A stretch of 48,734 nt of DNA, filler included, from Sphacelaria rigidula (Eukaryota), in the NCBI GenBank assembly GCA_964200075.2. It is 3 parts of 3 records of this genome, joined end to end, with 100 filler letters (N's around TTAATTAATTAA, not from the genome) between each part and the next. Parts side by side here need not be neighbours in the genome. Positions count along the whole stretch, not along the records: positions 32,560 to 48,734 come from CAXNAA020001455.1; 2 more parts are not named here. One strand, given 5' to 3'. Under the pieces are notes generated by a model. The model was not told where the DNA came from. It did no database searches and saw only the letters and a list, made by a program, of their open reading frames with translations. Within the stretch, counting starts at the first letter, position 1; every line of letters begins with the position of its first letter. Shown piece by piece: positions 36,878 through 48,650 of this stretch. The position numbers were made by a program, and so were the translations under genes.

Positions 36878-37687
36878 ACCTACACACCGAGCCAGAAAAC
36901 ATACAGCCTCTCACCGCTGGAGTACATTAGCTCCACCACGACGCGTAGCACTTGCTTCTCTACAATTTTTGCCGGGATTGTTTTCAAACTCAGAGGGAGA
37001 ACGAGCACGTGGGTGATATCATGCAACTGAAACCCTGCCGTTCCTGACCCTTCACTAGCGTGTTTCCGGCGCGCGTTCAATGCAGCTATAGTCGCGGTCG
37101 AGGTCTATATCGTGACCAAAGCCAATCGCAACGGTCGCAGCTGATCAACAGCCACGGCTCGAGCTGCGTTGGAATCTCTTGAGACAGGGGAACACTCAGG
37201 TGCACATGTTGATTCTGTTGGCTTGGGTGCCGTATCCTTGTGCATGCCCCCGCAGTTGCGACGCACGCGCTTTCTTTCGAGGACACTACTGGTTGGCCAT
37301 GGCACAAGACTGTTTTCACAGGCGAGGTACGCCAACGGAGTTGTTCCTGGTCTCCTTGCGGGTTCGTATCGTGCCAATCAATCACGGGGACATAGAAAAG
37401 AGAAATATGGATAGTGCAAAACCATTTGAATTTCACATGGAACACTTGGCAATAAAAAACACATGCATGCAGTAAAGTCGAATATCCCTGACCGGCCAAG
37501 CAATAGACATGTCACAGCATGGCCAAAAATAATTCACGAGACGAAATCACGACCTGTCTAGTACTTCAATTTGAGGCGAGCACCAATTAATTGTTGGTTT
37601 TCACGTCGCACAAAACGTCCGTGTAGGACTGTCGGGCTTCGAGCATGATACGAAACGATCTAAACTTGACCGAACGCGCAGGCGTAC

Positions 37688-37745
37688 CTTAGCGACAGAC
37701 TCCACCGCTGAGCTCCACACCATAGGCTCCGCACCGTGCATGCAC
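37688..37745 (-). CDS. WSC + CAP protein, exon 4
   Basis: CAG acceptor; 58 nt, phase 2-0. Reads (R)CMHGAEPMVWSSAVESVAK, the CAP 'R..H...L.W...L...A' segment. Donor AAG|GTACGC. Not present in the ORF track. Confidence 0.88.
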
Positions 37746-37922
37746 CTGGTTCAAGCGGAACACGGTGACATGGTACACGAGCAGGTTCGAAGCAAATCAG
37801 AACCCTGACACATCAGGAACAAGCGCGTACGATGAACTGGTCGGCGCATCGAGCCCGGAAAACGAGGTGTTGGGCGAAGAGCTCAGTTTTCACAAAGGTC
37901 AGCCGCTGACAGTGAACAGAAA

Positions 37923-38054
37923 ACAGGGGATTGTATAAAATGAGGTTGATCAATGAAATGAGGATTGAGGAGGCTAGCTCGGGTTTTTTCGCGTACACGC
38001 TAGCCTCCTCAAACCTCATTTCCTTGATCAACCTCATTTTATACAATCCCCTGT
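37923..38054. repeat. Near-perfect intronic hairpin (56-bp arms, 20-nt loop)
   Basis: 37923-37978 pairs with 37999-38054 with two mismatches. Confidence 0.9.
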
Positions 38055-38217
38055 CAGAAGTAAGCGATCTGCACAGCGAGTCAACAATCACCTGAGAAGT
38101 GAGCCGCCGGACCTCAAACGGTTGAGCAAACTGTACACGGACTAAATGTCATGCGGTGTGCTCCTCGTTTGACCTCCTGTGTTACATTACACAATAAGCT
38201 CGGAGGTTAAAGTGTAC

Positions 38218-38786
38218 CTTGCTGCGTTGTGTAGTTCTAGAAGTCTCTGCATCTCTTCATCCGGTGCACTAGGTCCCGGCCCGGGTGCAGGCTCGGCCAC
38301 CGGCTGACGAGTCTCAGGGGCAACGGGCTGAGGGGTGGTGGGGACCGGCCTTGGTGTGGCGGGAACTGGCCTTGGTGTCGGCTTAACCGGTTCGGGTGTA
38401 GGTTCGATGGGTGCAGGGGTAGGCGTGATCGGCGCAGGCGTAGGCATCAAAGGCTCAGGCGTCGGTGCCGCCACTGGTCTTAGGGTACTGGGAGTAGGCA
38501 TCGGCATGGGTTCTTCATCAACCGGAGACAGGGTGAAAAATGATTGCGTCGGTGATGAAGTAGGGGTCATGGTCGGGAAGTGATAGCCCTTGTTGAGAAT
38601 GTAGAGGTCGTATTCCCAGGATCCACCACAGGTCATGCTGGCGTGCCCTGTACAGGCCATGTCACAGAGACCGTCGCCTTCGATCGTGTAGGATTCAACG
38701 TCCGTATCTTCGCCACACCAGCAGAGGCGGCCCCACTGGAGGGCCATCACGGCGGCATCGTACTTGGCGCAGTGCATGTGGCACAC
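38218..38786 (-). CDS. WSC + CAP protein, exon 3 (WSC core, Pro/Thr stalk, start of CAP)
   Basis: VCHMHCAKY...ALQWGRLCWCG...CDMACTGHASMTCGGSWEYDLY shows the WSC cysteine pattern. It is followed by PTPAP/PTPEP repeats and EEMQRLLELHNAAR. Phase-2 donor AG|GTACAC. Confidence 0.92.
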
Positions 38787-39308
38787 CTGATTTCATTCGA
38801 CATGTCATTTATATGAGTTTTTTCAGCACACAAGAAAGACGAATGCCGGGCGTGAGTGAGGGGAGAGACAGACGACAGCAGGAACTATCGCGCGGTTAGT
38901 GACATGGATGAGATCAGTCGCGCGGATATTGATTTTCTCAAGCTTGTTTCGAGCGATGACTTGGCAACCATGGGAGGGCGGTACAAGCGTCCTCCTCAAG
39001 GGACGAGCGCGTGGCACATTTCTCCGTAAAACAGCCATGTATGAAGCTTGTAACAAGACCTGAAGTACGAGTAGTACCCTACCCGGATGCGCTCTTTCAC
39101 CACGCACTACACAGTTGCAGCTATGTTTCAAACGCAGGGCGATCTGAATACCACTTTTGTGGTCCTGTGTTTGGGCAGTGAAAAACACTACGCGCCCCCG
39201 CGTGTTCTGTACTACTGCCCAGGTACAGTACACTACACGGGCATAACACAGTAGCCAAAGCTACCGAAGTATACGGCACACATGGACCGAAGGACCACCA
39301 CTACTCAC

Positions 39309-39599
39309 GTCCGGGCTCATGTCGTCGGAGTCGAATGCATCTCGCAAGCCGGTGCCCACCCGGGGGTGCAGGAAGCATCCGACTAGCTCGTATGGTTCCT
39401 CCATTCCTTCCTCGTCATCTCCCACGATACTCCCGTCAGCATTGTCCGTCCCTTCACTAGATTCTTCCTCGTCATCGTCCGAGGCTGTGTTAATGTAATA
39501 TACCTTACGTTCTCTTGATGTTTCCACATCTGAGTCAGCTTCGTCACGGGAGCTGGTCGTCACTTGGTAGTTGCCATGAAGGGCGCGGTCGAGCTTAGT
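39309..39599 (-). CDS. WSC + CAP protein, exon 2 (acidic region and WSC N-terminus)
   Basis: CAG acceptor; 291 nt, phase 0-0. Reads TKLDRAL...DDDEEESSEG...YELVGCF...DDMSPD. Donor GAC|GTGAGT. Confidence 0.85.
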
Positions 39600-40710
39600 C
39601 TGTATACGGAAAGATTCATGGTGGTCGAGCCCGAAAAGAGCGTAATTCATCAGGGACGGAACAACGGAGCAGATTCAATCATGGGCATGTCGATGCGAAC
39701 TCTTTGCGTGCAATTCGAACTTCGAGTGCTGTAAAAACTTAGCAGATGTAAGTGCGAATACTGTCTACTTCGGCTCAGGCCTTATTTCAACGAGACAACG
39801 AACGTGAGCTCGCGCTGTCAGAGTGATTCTGGCATTTTTCGTGATCGTCGTTTTAGTTCTTCCAACTGGTTGCCCATCAGCTCTCAACCAATCGGACGGA
39901 AGGGCGACAAAAAAAAGTCACCGAAACCACCAGAACCACCCACTCTCATGGTGCGTTGCCACATTTCTTGTCAACACGACCCGTCAAATCAGTTAAATAC
40001 GAATTGCACCCACAAACCTAATGAGAGTGAGTACGTATATTTCACGAGTTCAGATAGCTGGAAAGATCATACGTTCAACTCCACCAGATGTACGTTGAAA
40101 ACATGAGGACCGGACTATACTAATAGCAAAAGACTGAAGTACGGCAGAACTTGTCTGGTGAAAACCGACGTCGTGCGAGAGTGCTGACCCACCTTGCCAT
40201 ATCAAAGAGTAAGGTGTGTACCAGGGGAGGGATAAGCCGATCGCCCGAGACCACGGACGTGCCCTTAGGAAGGGTCGAGATGTAAAGTGAGACAAAAAAG
40301 CGCATCCCGCAAGTGAAGCGAGCACTGTACAAACCTACTGGATGGAGTAGAGCGAAGCACAATCCTCGCGGTGAAAATGTTGACGTAAAGGGTGGGTCAT
40401 GTCCATGCCAAGTGATCCCGACCGCCACAGGTAATGTCGATATCAACTGGCAAGTGTTACGCGGTTTTGTGACACGCGAGATGTCGCCATGAACAAGACT
40501 GATCGTCCTGTTCGACATATCAAATCTTATCTCTGCATTTGTATTCATGGCTTGGAAAATCGAGCACAAAACGTTCTGCTTTTCAACGAGCAGTAGAAGT
40601 ACACTGCTCGCAACGCAACTGTTTCGCTAGATATCAAACTACACGCGGAACACCTAGACGATCTGTCGAAACGGCAGTAGTATAAAGCCGTCTCTGCAAA
40701 AACACCGCAC

Positions 40711-40809
40711 CTTCATTGAGACCTGCTCTCCTCGCAGAGCTCCCTGTTCGGCAGAACTATTGATGATCATCGCGGACACAAGACCAACAGCAGCGACTCC
40801 CCGCGCCAT
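40711..40809 (-). CDS. Secreted WSC + CAP/SCP domain protein, exon 1 (signal peptide)
   Basis: MARGVAAVGLVSAMIINSSA-EQGALRGEQVSMK is a hydrophobic signal peptide. Phase-0 donor AAG|GTGCGG; an alternative phase-0 donor CAG|GTCTCA lies at 40723/40722. This is the least certain exon. Confidence 0.65.
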
Positions 40810-41524
40810 CGTGGTGCGACAAACACTTCTCACCAGAAACCTTACATTTTCCAGATCGACAATGTACGAGAAGAAGTTCACATTTGGTTATCATTTGGTT
40901 GGGCATCCAGTCGCTCTTGCTACCAGACCGGGATAACATGAACCGTCAGCATGCGCACGATGCGAAAGGAGTAGGGGAGGAGAGGGGTCGGTGGGTGGGC
41001 CGGCATCATTTTCTGTCGAGAATTGAGCGTCACGCCCGGATGAATCTCCCTGGCGATCGAACGCGTACAACGCGACGAAAAAGAGGAGGAACTACACGAC
41101 CAATTTGCGTCCTCACGAGAGTTTAGAAGTGAAACACTTCGCATCAGCTTGATCGTTTTTGTCCAGATGACCCATCACATGTGGAGAGGGCGAGGGGGGG
41201 GGGGGGGGGGGGGGGGGGTCAGATGTCACGAAAACAGGGTCAAGGGTGGGTCACACGACCTAACGCGCTAACGGTGTGCTAAAGCTTTGGTGAATACGCA
41301 GTCATCAAGCATTATGAGTGAGATATATCCTATACATCGGTGACAAGCGCGTTCGAACAATCGTTGTTGCTTTCGTGGAGAAATGGTCCAAAATCTTCCT
41401 CCCATACGATCATTTTTCGGTTTATGTCACAATGTAGACCATGACTCAATGAACAATGGTCAACACGGGAGTTTAGCAAGCCGCGGATTGAGTCTTTTTT
41501 GAGGATGAACCTTGGGAACCTTAA

Positions 41525-41720
41525 CCCTTAGACCGCTAGGTTGGTCTTCTGTTGAATCGGCATCAATTTCAAGTAAAAAAAAGTATGCATGGTCCGGAAA
41601 GACTAATCTCGCGGTCTAAGGGTTATAGACCGCGAGATTAGTCTTTGTGGATCAGGGATACTTTTTTTTCACTCGAAATTGGTGCCGATTCAACAGGAGA
41701 CTAACCTCGCGTTCTAAGGG
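41525..41720. mobile_element. Two adjacent inverted copies of a piggyBac-like ~98-bp MITE
   Basis: TTAA-CCCTTAGACCGC...GCGGTCTAAGGG-TTA (41525-41622) is immediately followed by an inverted diverged copy (about 41626-41720) ending AAGGG-TTAG. Confidence 0.8.
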
Positions 41721-42118
41721 TTAGTGAGCATAAAAAATATTCCAGAATAAATATACAAAACCGCCCTCTCGGGCCGTGTTGTGTGGCCCCTCTCATCCTC
41801 AGAAGAATCCAGCAATCCATCCGAAATTTGTAAAGTTTCGTGTTTATCCCGAACAATTTGAACCTCCGTCCTTTCCCGTACAAGTTGGGTTTTTTATTTG
41901 TCAGACAATTGCGGATGTTTTGTTTAGGATGGGCGAACCCACACATCACGACTGAATGGTGCACTTACTTGCACTTTGTTTCCCATAATATTTCCATGCT
42001 TATGATCGTTCACAAGGTTTGCTTTCTGAGAACTGTTCATCCGCAATTTGTAAAATGCCGCGGTATTGTTCATGAGAGGATATAAGCCACGTTTCGTCGC
42101 ACGGCCGTGCTTGATTAG

Positions 42119-42198
42119 AGGTATCTCAAGCTCGAAGTTTCCGGTATATTTGACCGTGAAAAGTCAAATATACCGGAAACTTCGAGCTTGAGATACCT
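42119..42198. repeat. Perfect palindrome (36-bp arms, 8-nt loop)
   Basis: AGGTATCTCAAGCTCGAAGTTTCCGGTATATTTGAC-cgtgaaaa-GTCAAATATACCGGAAACTTCGAGCTTGAGATACCT. Confidence 0.95.
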
Positions 42199-43354
42199 AT
42201 GTTGAGAGGGGAGTTCTGATCATCATCTCGTCTTTTGAACATGATCACGACTGTTCAGAACCTCACGATCAGGACAAATCACCAGCGCAATGTTAGGGGG
42301 GGGTATCGTAAACTCGGAGTTCCCGGAATACAAAATTCCACCGTGAATGATTGTATGTACAGGGAACGCCGAGCCTAAGATTCAGTCCCTCCATTGCTTG
42401 AAAAGGAATCGGAAATGTTGCATCAAATAAATGAACCAGAACGATTAAGAACGTGAAACAGTTACAATCATGAACACAATCAAAGCTCTTCCTTCAAAAT
42501 CCTTTCTCGAGGACAGGCCTTGACCAAATGAGACTGTTCCTCCTTCATTGTTTTTTTGAGGCGGTGTCTTATCATTTTTTTTTCGACTCGAACGAGTTTG
42601 TGCCGCGGAATTGATTCACTTCTCTTTCCTATGTTTGGGTCCAAGCGAATTTGCGCGCTTTAAATCGAAAGGGCGAGGCGAACTTCGTGAAGCGGTACTT
42701 CTTTACTTATAATCAATATACAGTACAGGGCAGACCGTACAGACTGTGGCGGCCTGTACTGTACTGCTGTGTTGTCCACGTAGTGTGTGTTTCGCACAGC
42801 ATGCGGACGGGATGTGGAAAAGAAGCGGGCAACGCGACACAGCAGATTTGACAGACAGCACAGCTCTCTGACTCTCTGCGTACAGGAGGATGCGAGAGGC
42901 GGGTTTGAACAATGTGCAGTTTTTCATCGCTTCTACTGCCCATGAGCGCGTTGGCAATTTGATCGCCCGCCCCGACACGCAACTCCGTCGGTGGACCCTG
43001 CCACAAAATTAGATGCCCAAGTTTTTGCCAGCAAGAAGAAACAAATCATGCTAAAAGTGTGGTGGTGTCGGTTTCCTATCACTTCTGCAGTCTATATCCC
43101 TGTGCTGAGTTCGTGATCTATGCCGCAGGGTTGGGTAGGTTGCTGCGAATGAACCATTTGGATTTTGCGTACCTCTGTGAAAGGGGAGTATTTGGCACGG
43201 TTGTCTGCAATGTGGGAGTTACGTGCCGCTTCGTTCATTCCACCGCTCGTTTCTCTCGAAAAAGCTAGGCTTTTCTGTTTTTGACCCTGCCGTCGCCGGA
43301 AACTAATTTTGAAATGGACTTGAGGCCATCCTGGAACATGAATGCCGTGGACGT

Positions 43355-43571
43355 TGTAATGCGTGAGAGGACCGCGTGCTTAGAGGATCGCATCGGAATT
43401 TGAACATCCCTATGGTTAGGGTTAGGGTTAGGGTTAGTGTTGGGGTTAGGGTTAGGGTTAGGGGCGTGGTACCTCCAGGGACTGACCCGATTGGTTTTGA
43501 AAAACGTCGATGCTGAGGTGTTTTGAACTACGGCGCGGTCATCTAAGCACGCGGTCCTCTCACGCATTACA
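43355..43571. mobile_element. Ginger-like MITE carrying internal (TTAGGG)n
   Basis: Perfect ~30-bp TIR TGTAATGCGTGAGAGGACCGCGTGCTTAGA, TGT...ACA ends and a 5-bp TSD GACGT. Telomeric repeats at about 43414-43463. Confidence 0.85.
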
Positions 43572-45688
43572 GACGTATCCGATTCGGCCTCGTAACGATC
43601 AGTTCGATTCGATCGCATGTTTTCCAGTCGGACAAAAATGGATAAGACACGGCCTGTGGCGCGAAGGAGGATCGTACTGCACTGTGCTTCGGTTGGGCCT
43701 CTCTTGAGCAAAATTGCGAAGGGTTTCTCGAGTTTCTCAAAAAGTATTTTTTGTTTCGTGTTCTTCTGTCGACTGAAAGTAACACCAACCAGTCCGGAAC
43801 TTAGGCACCCTCTTCAAGAGTCAACTGCATCACTGGCACTGCCGATAAACGCGCACGCACTCCGCACACGCTAAGGTATTGTCCCAACCCTGGACGGTTT
43901 CCGGCCGAACAAAGCACACCAAGCCGGATGTATTATCGGCCAAGCGTCCCTACGGCGTGCAAGTCACGCTTCTCTCAGTAGGTTCATCTTTCTGGTATCA
44001 GGAAGAAAGGAAACCTGGCATGTCTTCGAATTTAAGCCCGGGGCGGATCATGTGTCGAATCTGCATCATTTTCACTCACAAAAGACTGTGGCGCATAGAG
44101 CACCCACCCTGAGTCAGAGGATTTCTATATGATGAAACCCTCGGGCCTCATCCGCCGATTTTCGCCGAAGCGAAGAAATTTCCACCCAGGACGCCCTTTT
44201 GGTCTCCGTCGCTCGAGGGTTTTTCGATCGGCCTTGTGGTTGTGGTTGTGGCGAGTGTGAGGGTTGCTAGCAACATGACCTGGCAAAAAAAGCAAAGAGT
44301 GTATCTCAACCATCATGTTCTGCGCCGAATATACGCCTGGGGCCTCCAGATTTTTCACGTCGCGCTAAAGATACGCCCAAAAGATCCCTGGCGTTTCGAA
44401 GGATCGAACTCCAGCAATAAGAACACCTCCAACAGACCCTCCCACCCGTGAACATGGTGAAGGCGGCAACAACGCATACGTAACGGCGACCGTGCCCACA
44501 CAGTCAACATCGGGTATATTTTTCATGTGCATAACCTTTGTTACATGATCAACACGACCTATCGGTCGTGGTGAGAGGCACTTCGTCGATGCCCGCACAA
44601 CATACTCTGCATCGATTTCCGTGTTGTTCGTGTATGATGTACCGTATAGCTAGCGTTCTTGCTTCTCGGCATCCCCGGAATGTATTCGTCTCTACATCAA
44701 ATCGAACTGAAAACCGCATCATAAGTTGTGACGGTGACATGTCGCACTGCCCCATGCGCTCAGGTTATTGGAAATGCATGAAGTGAACCACGTCCACTTG
44801 TAGCGCAGCTCGAGGTAGGAGTCGAAGCTGAGTCATGAAGATATAGCGGACCGCAACGGTGCTGTGACGTGCACATGTACACCAGTACATCCGGCGGCAC
44901 AACTGTTGAAAAGTGCAACATGCAACCTGTCATAAATCAAGCAATGGGTCATTTTTCGTTCGACGTTTTTGTGCAGGGGATGCTACGAAACACTTTCGAA
45001 CTGAGTACGTGTGTGCTACTTAGCACAGCCGTGCAGACAGTGTATGCAACTCTGCAAGCAAGGGTTGAGAATGGCGTAGTCGAATCCATAGACAGTGTAC
45101 TACACCAGCAAATCGCCACACCCTCTCGATCGAACGCTTCCCTGCTACTTCAGGAGCGAGAAGTATTGATTGGCAATGGGCAGGCAGCCATTGTAGCTCT
45201 GAAGTGGACTGCTGGAGATTCTGCACAGCATACAAGCTCAAGCTACGTATTTGTCAAGGACACCACACGCACAGCAGCCTGGGCCTACCTTCTGCCTCCT
45301 TCTTGTCTCCTGTGATGCTCGTTGTGATAGTTGCCCGCAGATTGAATATCGTGAAATGGAGCAGCGGGGGCAGTGATCCCTGGCCGCGCGGGAGTGTTGT
45401 GAGAGGAGAGGGCAGAGTAGGTGACAGGAGGGGTGGAAATACCGACTGAAACATCATGTTCGGGATATCATCGGGATCTTGGAACATCCAACATCCCGAT
45501 CGCTTGACGGTTGGGATTGAAATTAAATATTTGACCTGAAACTTTACGAAATGGATGATAAATGAGAACAATAGCGCCGAGAGAAACAGCCGCGGCCGAC
45601 CGTTCATATTTCCCAACGGACAGACTTAGCCGTTCATGTACGGTACGTGTGCCCGTACGTTTTTCCTGCTTTCCTGCGGTTTGCATTT

Positions 45689-46091
45689 GCTGCTGTCACC
45701 TCGACAGTTGCTCCAATTTCACTTGAAGAATTCCGGTATGGCTCAGACACCCTACCCTTGCGGCCAGCGGGTCGAAGTGAAATATGTCCAAAATAGTTCC
45801 TTCGAGTGCCAACGGCTACTACTGTAGAAGGTCTTCGTAGCAATTAGTAATTCTGCTGGGCGGAAATCGTCGCTCTTGTTCGCCACCAGGATCTCGATAT
45901 ACATGCTGCGTGTGCGCTGCGAGAAAAACGCTGCAGTTTGCTACGAGGACCTTCGACAGTAGCCGTTGGTAGTCGAAGAAGCTATTTTGGACATATATAT
46001 TTTACTCCAACCCGTTGGCTGCAGGGGTAGGTTGTCTGAGCCATACAGGTATTCTTCAAGTGAAATTGGAGCAACTGTCGAGGTGGCAGCA
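45689..46091. mobile_element. Foldback/MITE with ~155-bp imperfect inverted arms
   Basis: 45689-45843 versus 45937-46091, including CACCTCGACAGTTGCTCCAATTTCACTTGAAGAAT and its exact reverse complement. Confidence 0.8.
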
Positions 46092-48327
46092 CTAAATAAT
46101 GCAGCATCACCAATTCGTTCCGTACTACTGCTAGTCCGTGTAGATCAGGGAGGGTGTGTATTGCCGCAAAACGCGCCGATGTCGGTTATACCTGTTGACC
46201 TCCAGCATCGTCCGAGAACAGATTTATCATCGGACAGGGCATTAGGGGCTTCGACATTTTTGACGACGGGGCGCTCGGGGCCCAGTATTCCCTAATTCTT
46301 TGCAGGTCAATCATGCGCCCTTCCAGGATCTTCCAGGAAATGTTTTCATCGGGAATCAGGCATGAAGAGGGAGTGCTTGACCATTTTGATAGTTCTGCGT
46401 ATGTTTCGGGTTATGAATCACCGCGCGTTATCCACTCACAAATCTCCTAGTATTGCTCACTTCCAAGGTAAGGTGGAGCTGCATTTTCCCGTTTGAACAT
46501 CATGAAAAGACACACAAAAAGGGGGGGCGTTTGCCAAGCGTGCATTCTCTGCTGTCCTTACCGCCTGCGTACACTCGCTTGTTGTGTTGCAACGAGCTGC
46601 GCACTGTTGCTGTTGTATGACACTGAGCATAATCAGAACCTGCGGATAGAACCAGTGTTTATTGTATTATGTGCAGTGAAGGGTGAGGGCACGGCACTCA
46701 CTACTGTTTCGTTTATTCGCTGAAGGATGAATAAAAGTTTCAAACTTCGGGCGAATCATCGCTAGTGCAAATAATCAAACTTACGGTTTCTGGGGCCTGA
46801 TTGCTCGAAAGAGAATAATAGAATGACCGCGGGTGCAAACCGTTTCTGCGCAATTTTTGCGCCATCCCACATGCCTGAGGTGCGCGTACCTGAAGTGCAA
46901 CGGCGAAAACAAAGTCTTAGAATTGATTCGTACGGTACAAATCAATTCCTCTCAAAGCGAGTCATTTTCAGACGGATATTTACTCCTTTATCCCTTGAAA
47001 CGCTTGTCCCAAAGATCCACGAAATTGTCTGTTGAGTGCATCCAGGCCCCGAAAATCGAAATATTTCTATTTCATGGGGTGTACTCATGACCTTGCATGC
47101 ATTAGTAGTCGCGAGGCCGTTGATCCAGCAACCCTACCAAGCCGGGACGGAGAACACCAGGGTTTCGACGGGCCAGACTCGCAATCACCAAGCACAACGC
47201 GCCGTGATTTGTTCGGTGAGTCGTATGAAGGGTGAGCTGCATCCTGCTATGATTGTTCGGCCCAAAGCGCACCGTTGGTCGTGCATATGGATGGCAGCCT
47301 ACAATGAGTTGCTTCATTTTCTGGTATGTCGTCACTTCTGGAAAAAGCAGCGGGTTACACATTGCCTCATGGATGTCTCACCATTAAACACTGCGTAGTA
47401 CGATCATCCTTTTTGCACGAAGTTCGGGTTCTCCACCCCGCACAACGACATGATCTAGCTCGACCGCCATCATGGTTGCCGCAAACAAAATGCAGGAGCA
47501 AAACAAAAAGGAGTGGCCCGGTTGCCTATACCATACGCGGCGAGAGAAATGTTTTTCACAACAATGTCATAATGATACACGGTACAGCAGTATATGGTCT
47601 GCCATTAATTTTTGGTTCCAAGAGTCCTATAATACTAAAAATGAATAAAAATTTCAAATATCAAATCTGAATAATATATTATTATAATAGGCTGTGACCG
47701 AGTGAATCCCGGGATTTGAGGGATCAGAATGTGACAAATGCGCGGGGCACGCTCAGCAGTCCGCTGGTGGGTACGCACCACTTGATAAGCTAGCGCCGCA
47801 GCACCAGCCGACGGGAGATCGCTTGGAGTGAAGACGGCCGTTCCTACCACGTGGTACATCACACGAGCACGGAAAGCTTTTTGAATAACTTCATGAATTC
47901 CAGGGTCGATGCCTCGAGCGACAGATCCCATTGTAAAGCAACAGTCCGAAGTCGCGTGCCCCCACCGTAAAACTGGCGTGACTGATGTGAGGTGTGCAAC
48001 GCCGGTACCATGGCCTATGCTATTTAATTGGCCAACGCTGTGCATACTTTGGGGCCAATCGACAAATGAAGTATCGAGAACGGCGCGAATTTTTGCCCTC
48101 AATCCGCCCAGGACCCTCTGGCATCGTGAAAGACCCTGTCGTGCAGTGAAACAACTTATCAATCTTCTTGCCCTTGTTCTAAAGAGCGTCCTGTACTTTG
48201 GCATCCTACTTCGGGCTCTGTTGTACTAGCTAGGCGATTGCCGAATTTCAGACCTTCTCCCATTTCTTCTATTCATCGATAATAACGGCCCTAAAGGGTG
48301 TTTCTTACAGTAGTAGCACTTACTTTA

Positions 48328-48650
48328 GTTTTCGATCGAAAAAGTGCGATTTTTTTTGTTTTTTAGATCTGATAAATCCACCGCATTTGTGTTCCTTGAA
48401 GGCTTCAACTGAAATGATAAGTATAGCGGCGCGCGAAGGAGAATGTAGCGAGGTAAAAAACAATCGTTGTCAATCGGAAACATGCGGTCGAAAGGCACGA
48501 AGGGGCACTTGACTCCAATCTTACAGACCATCACGCCAAATATCGCCTGTTAACAGAACCATGCAAACACCATCCAACTCATTCTCAGCTACCACCGCAG
48601 CCCTGCAGCATAGAGCACGAGTTGAGCACAGGAATGAAAACACTGCAGTA
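48328..48650 (+). repeat. Dispersed repeat (partner 11286-11610)
   Basis: Collinear similarity to 11286-11610. Confidence 0.85.

Noticed and set aside
38335..38816. Plus-strand Gly/Val-rich ORFs
   Set aside because: They are antisense shadows of the WSC/Pro-rich exon.
43414..43463. Chromosome end or telomere fusion site
   Set aside because: The short TTAGGG tract lies inside a TIR element with a TSD.
44350..45250. Possible KDZ-type transposase remnant
   Set aside because: Only vague motif echoes (GIFFMC, HRFP); too weak to call without an HMM search.
47635..48204. 189-aa ORF
   Set aside because: No recognisable domain or convincing exon structure; it lies between dispersed repeats and is probably decayed TE sequence.
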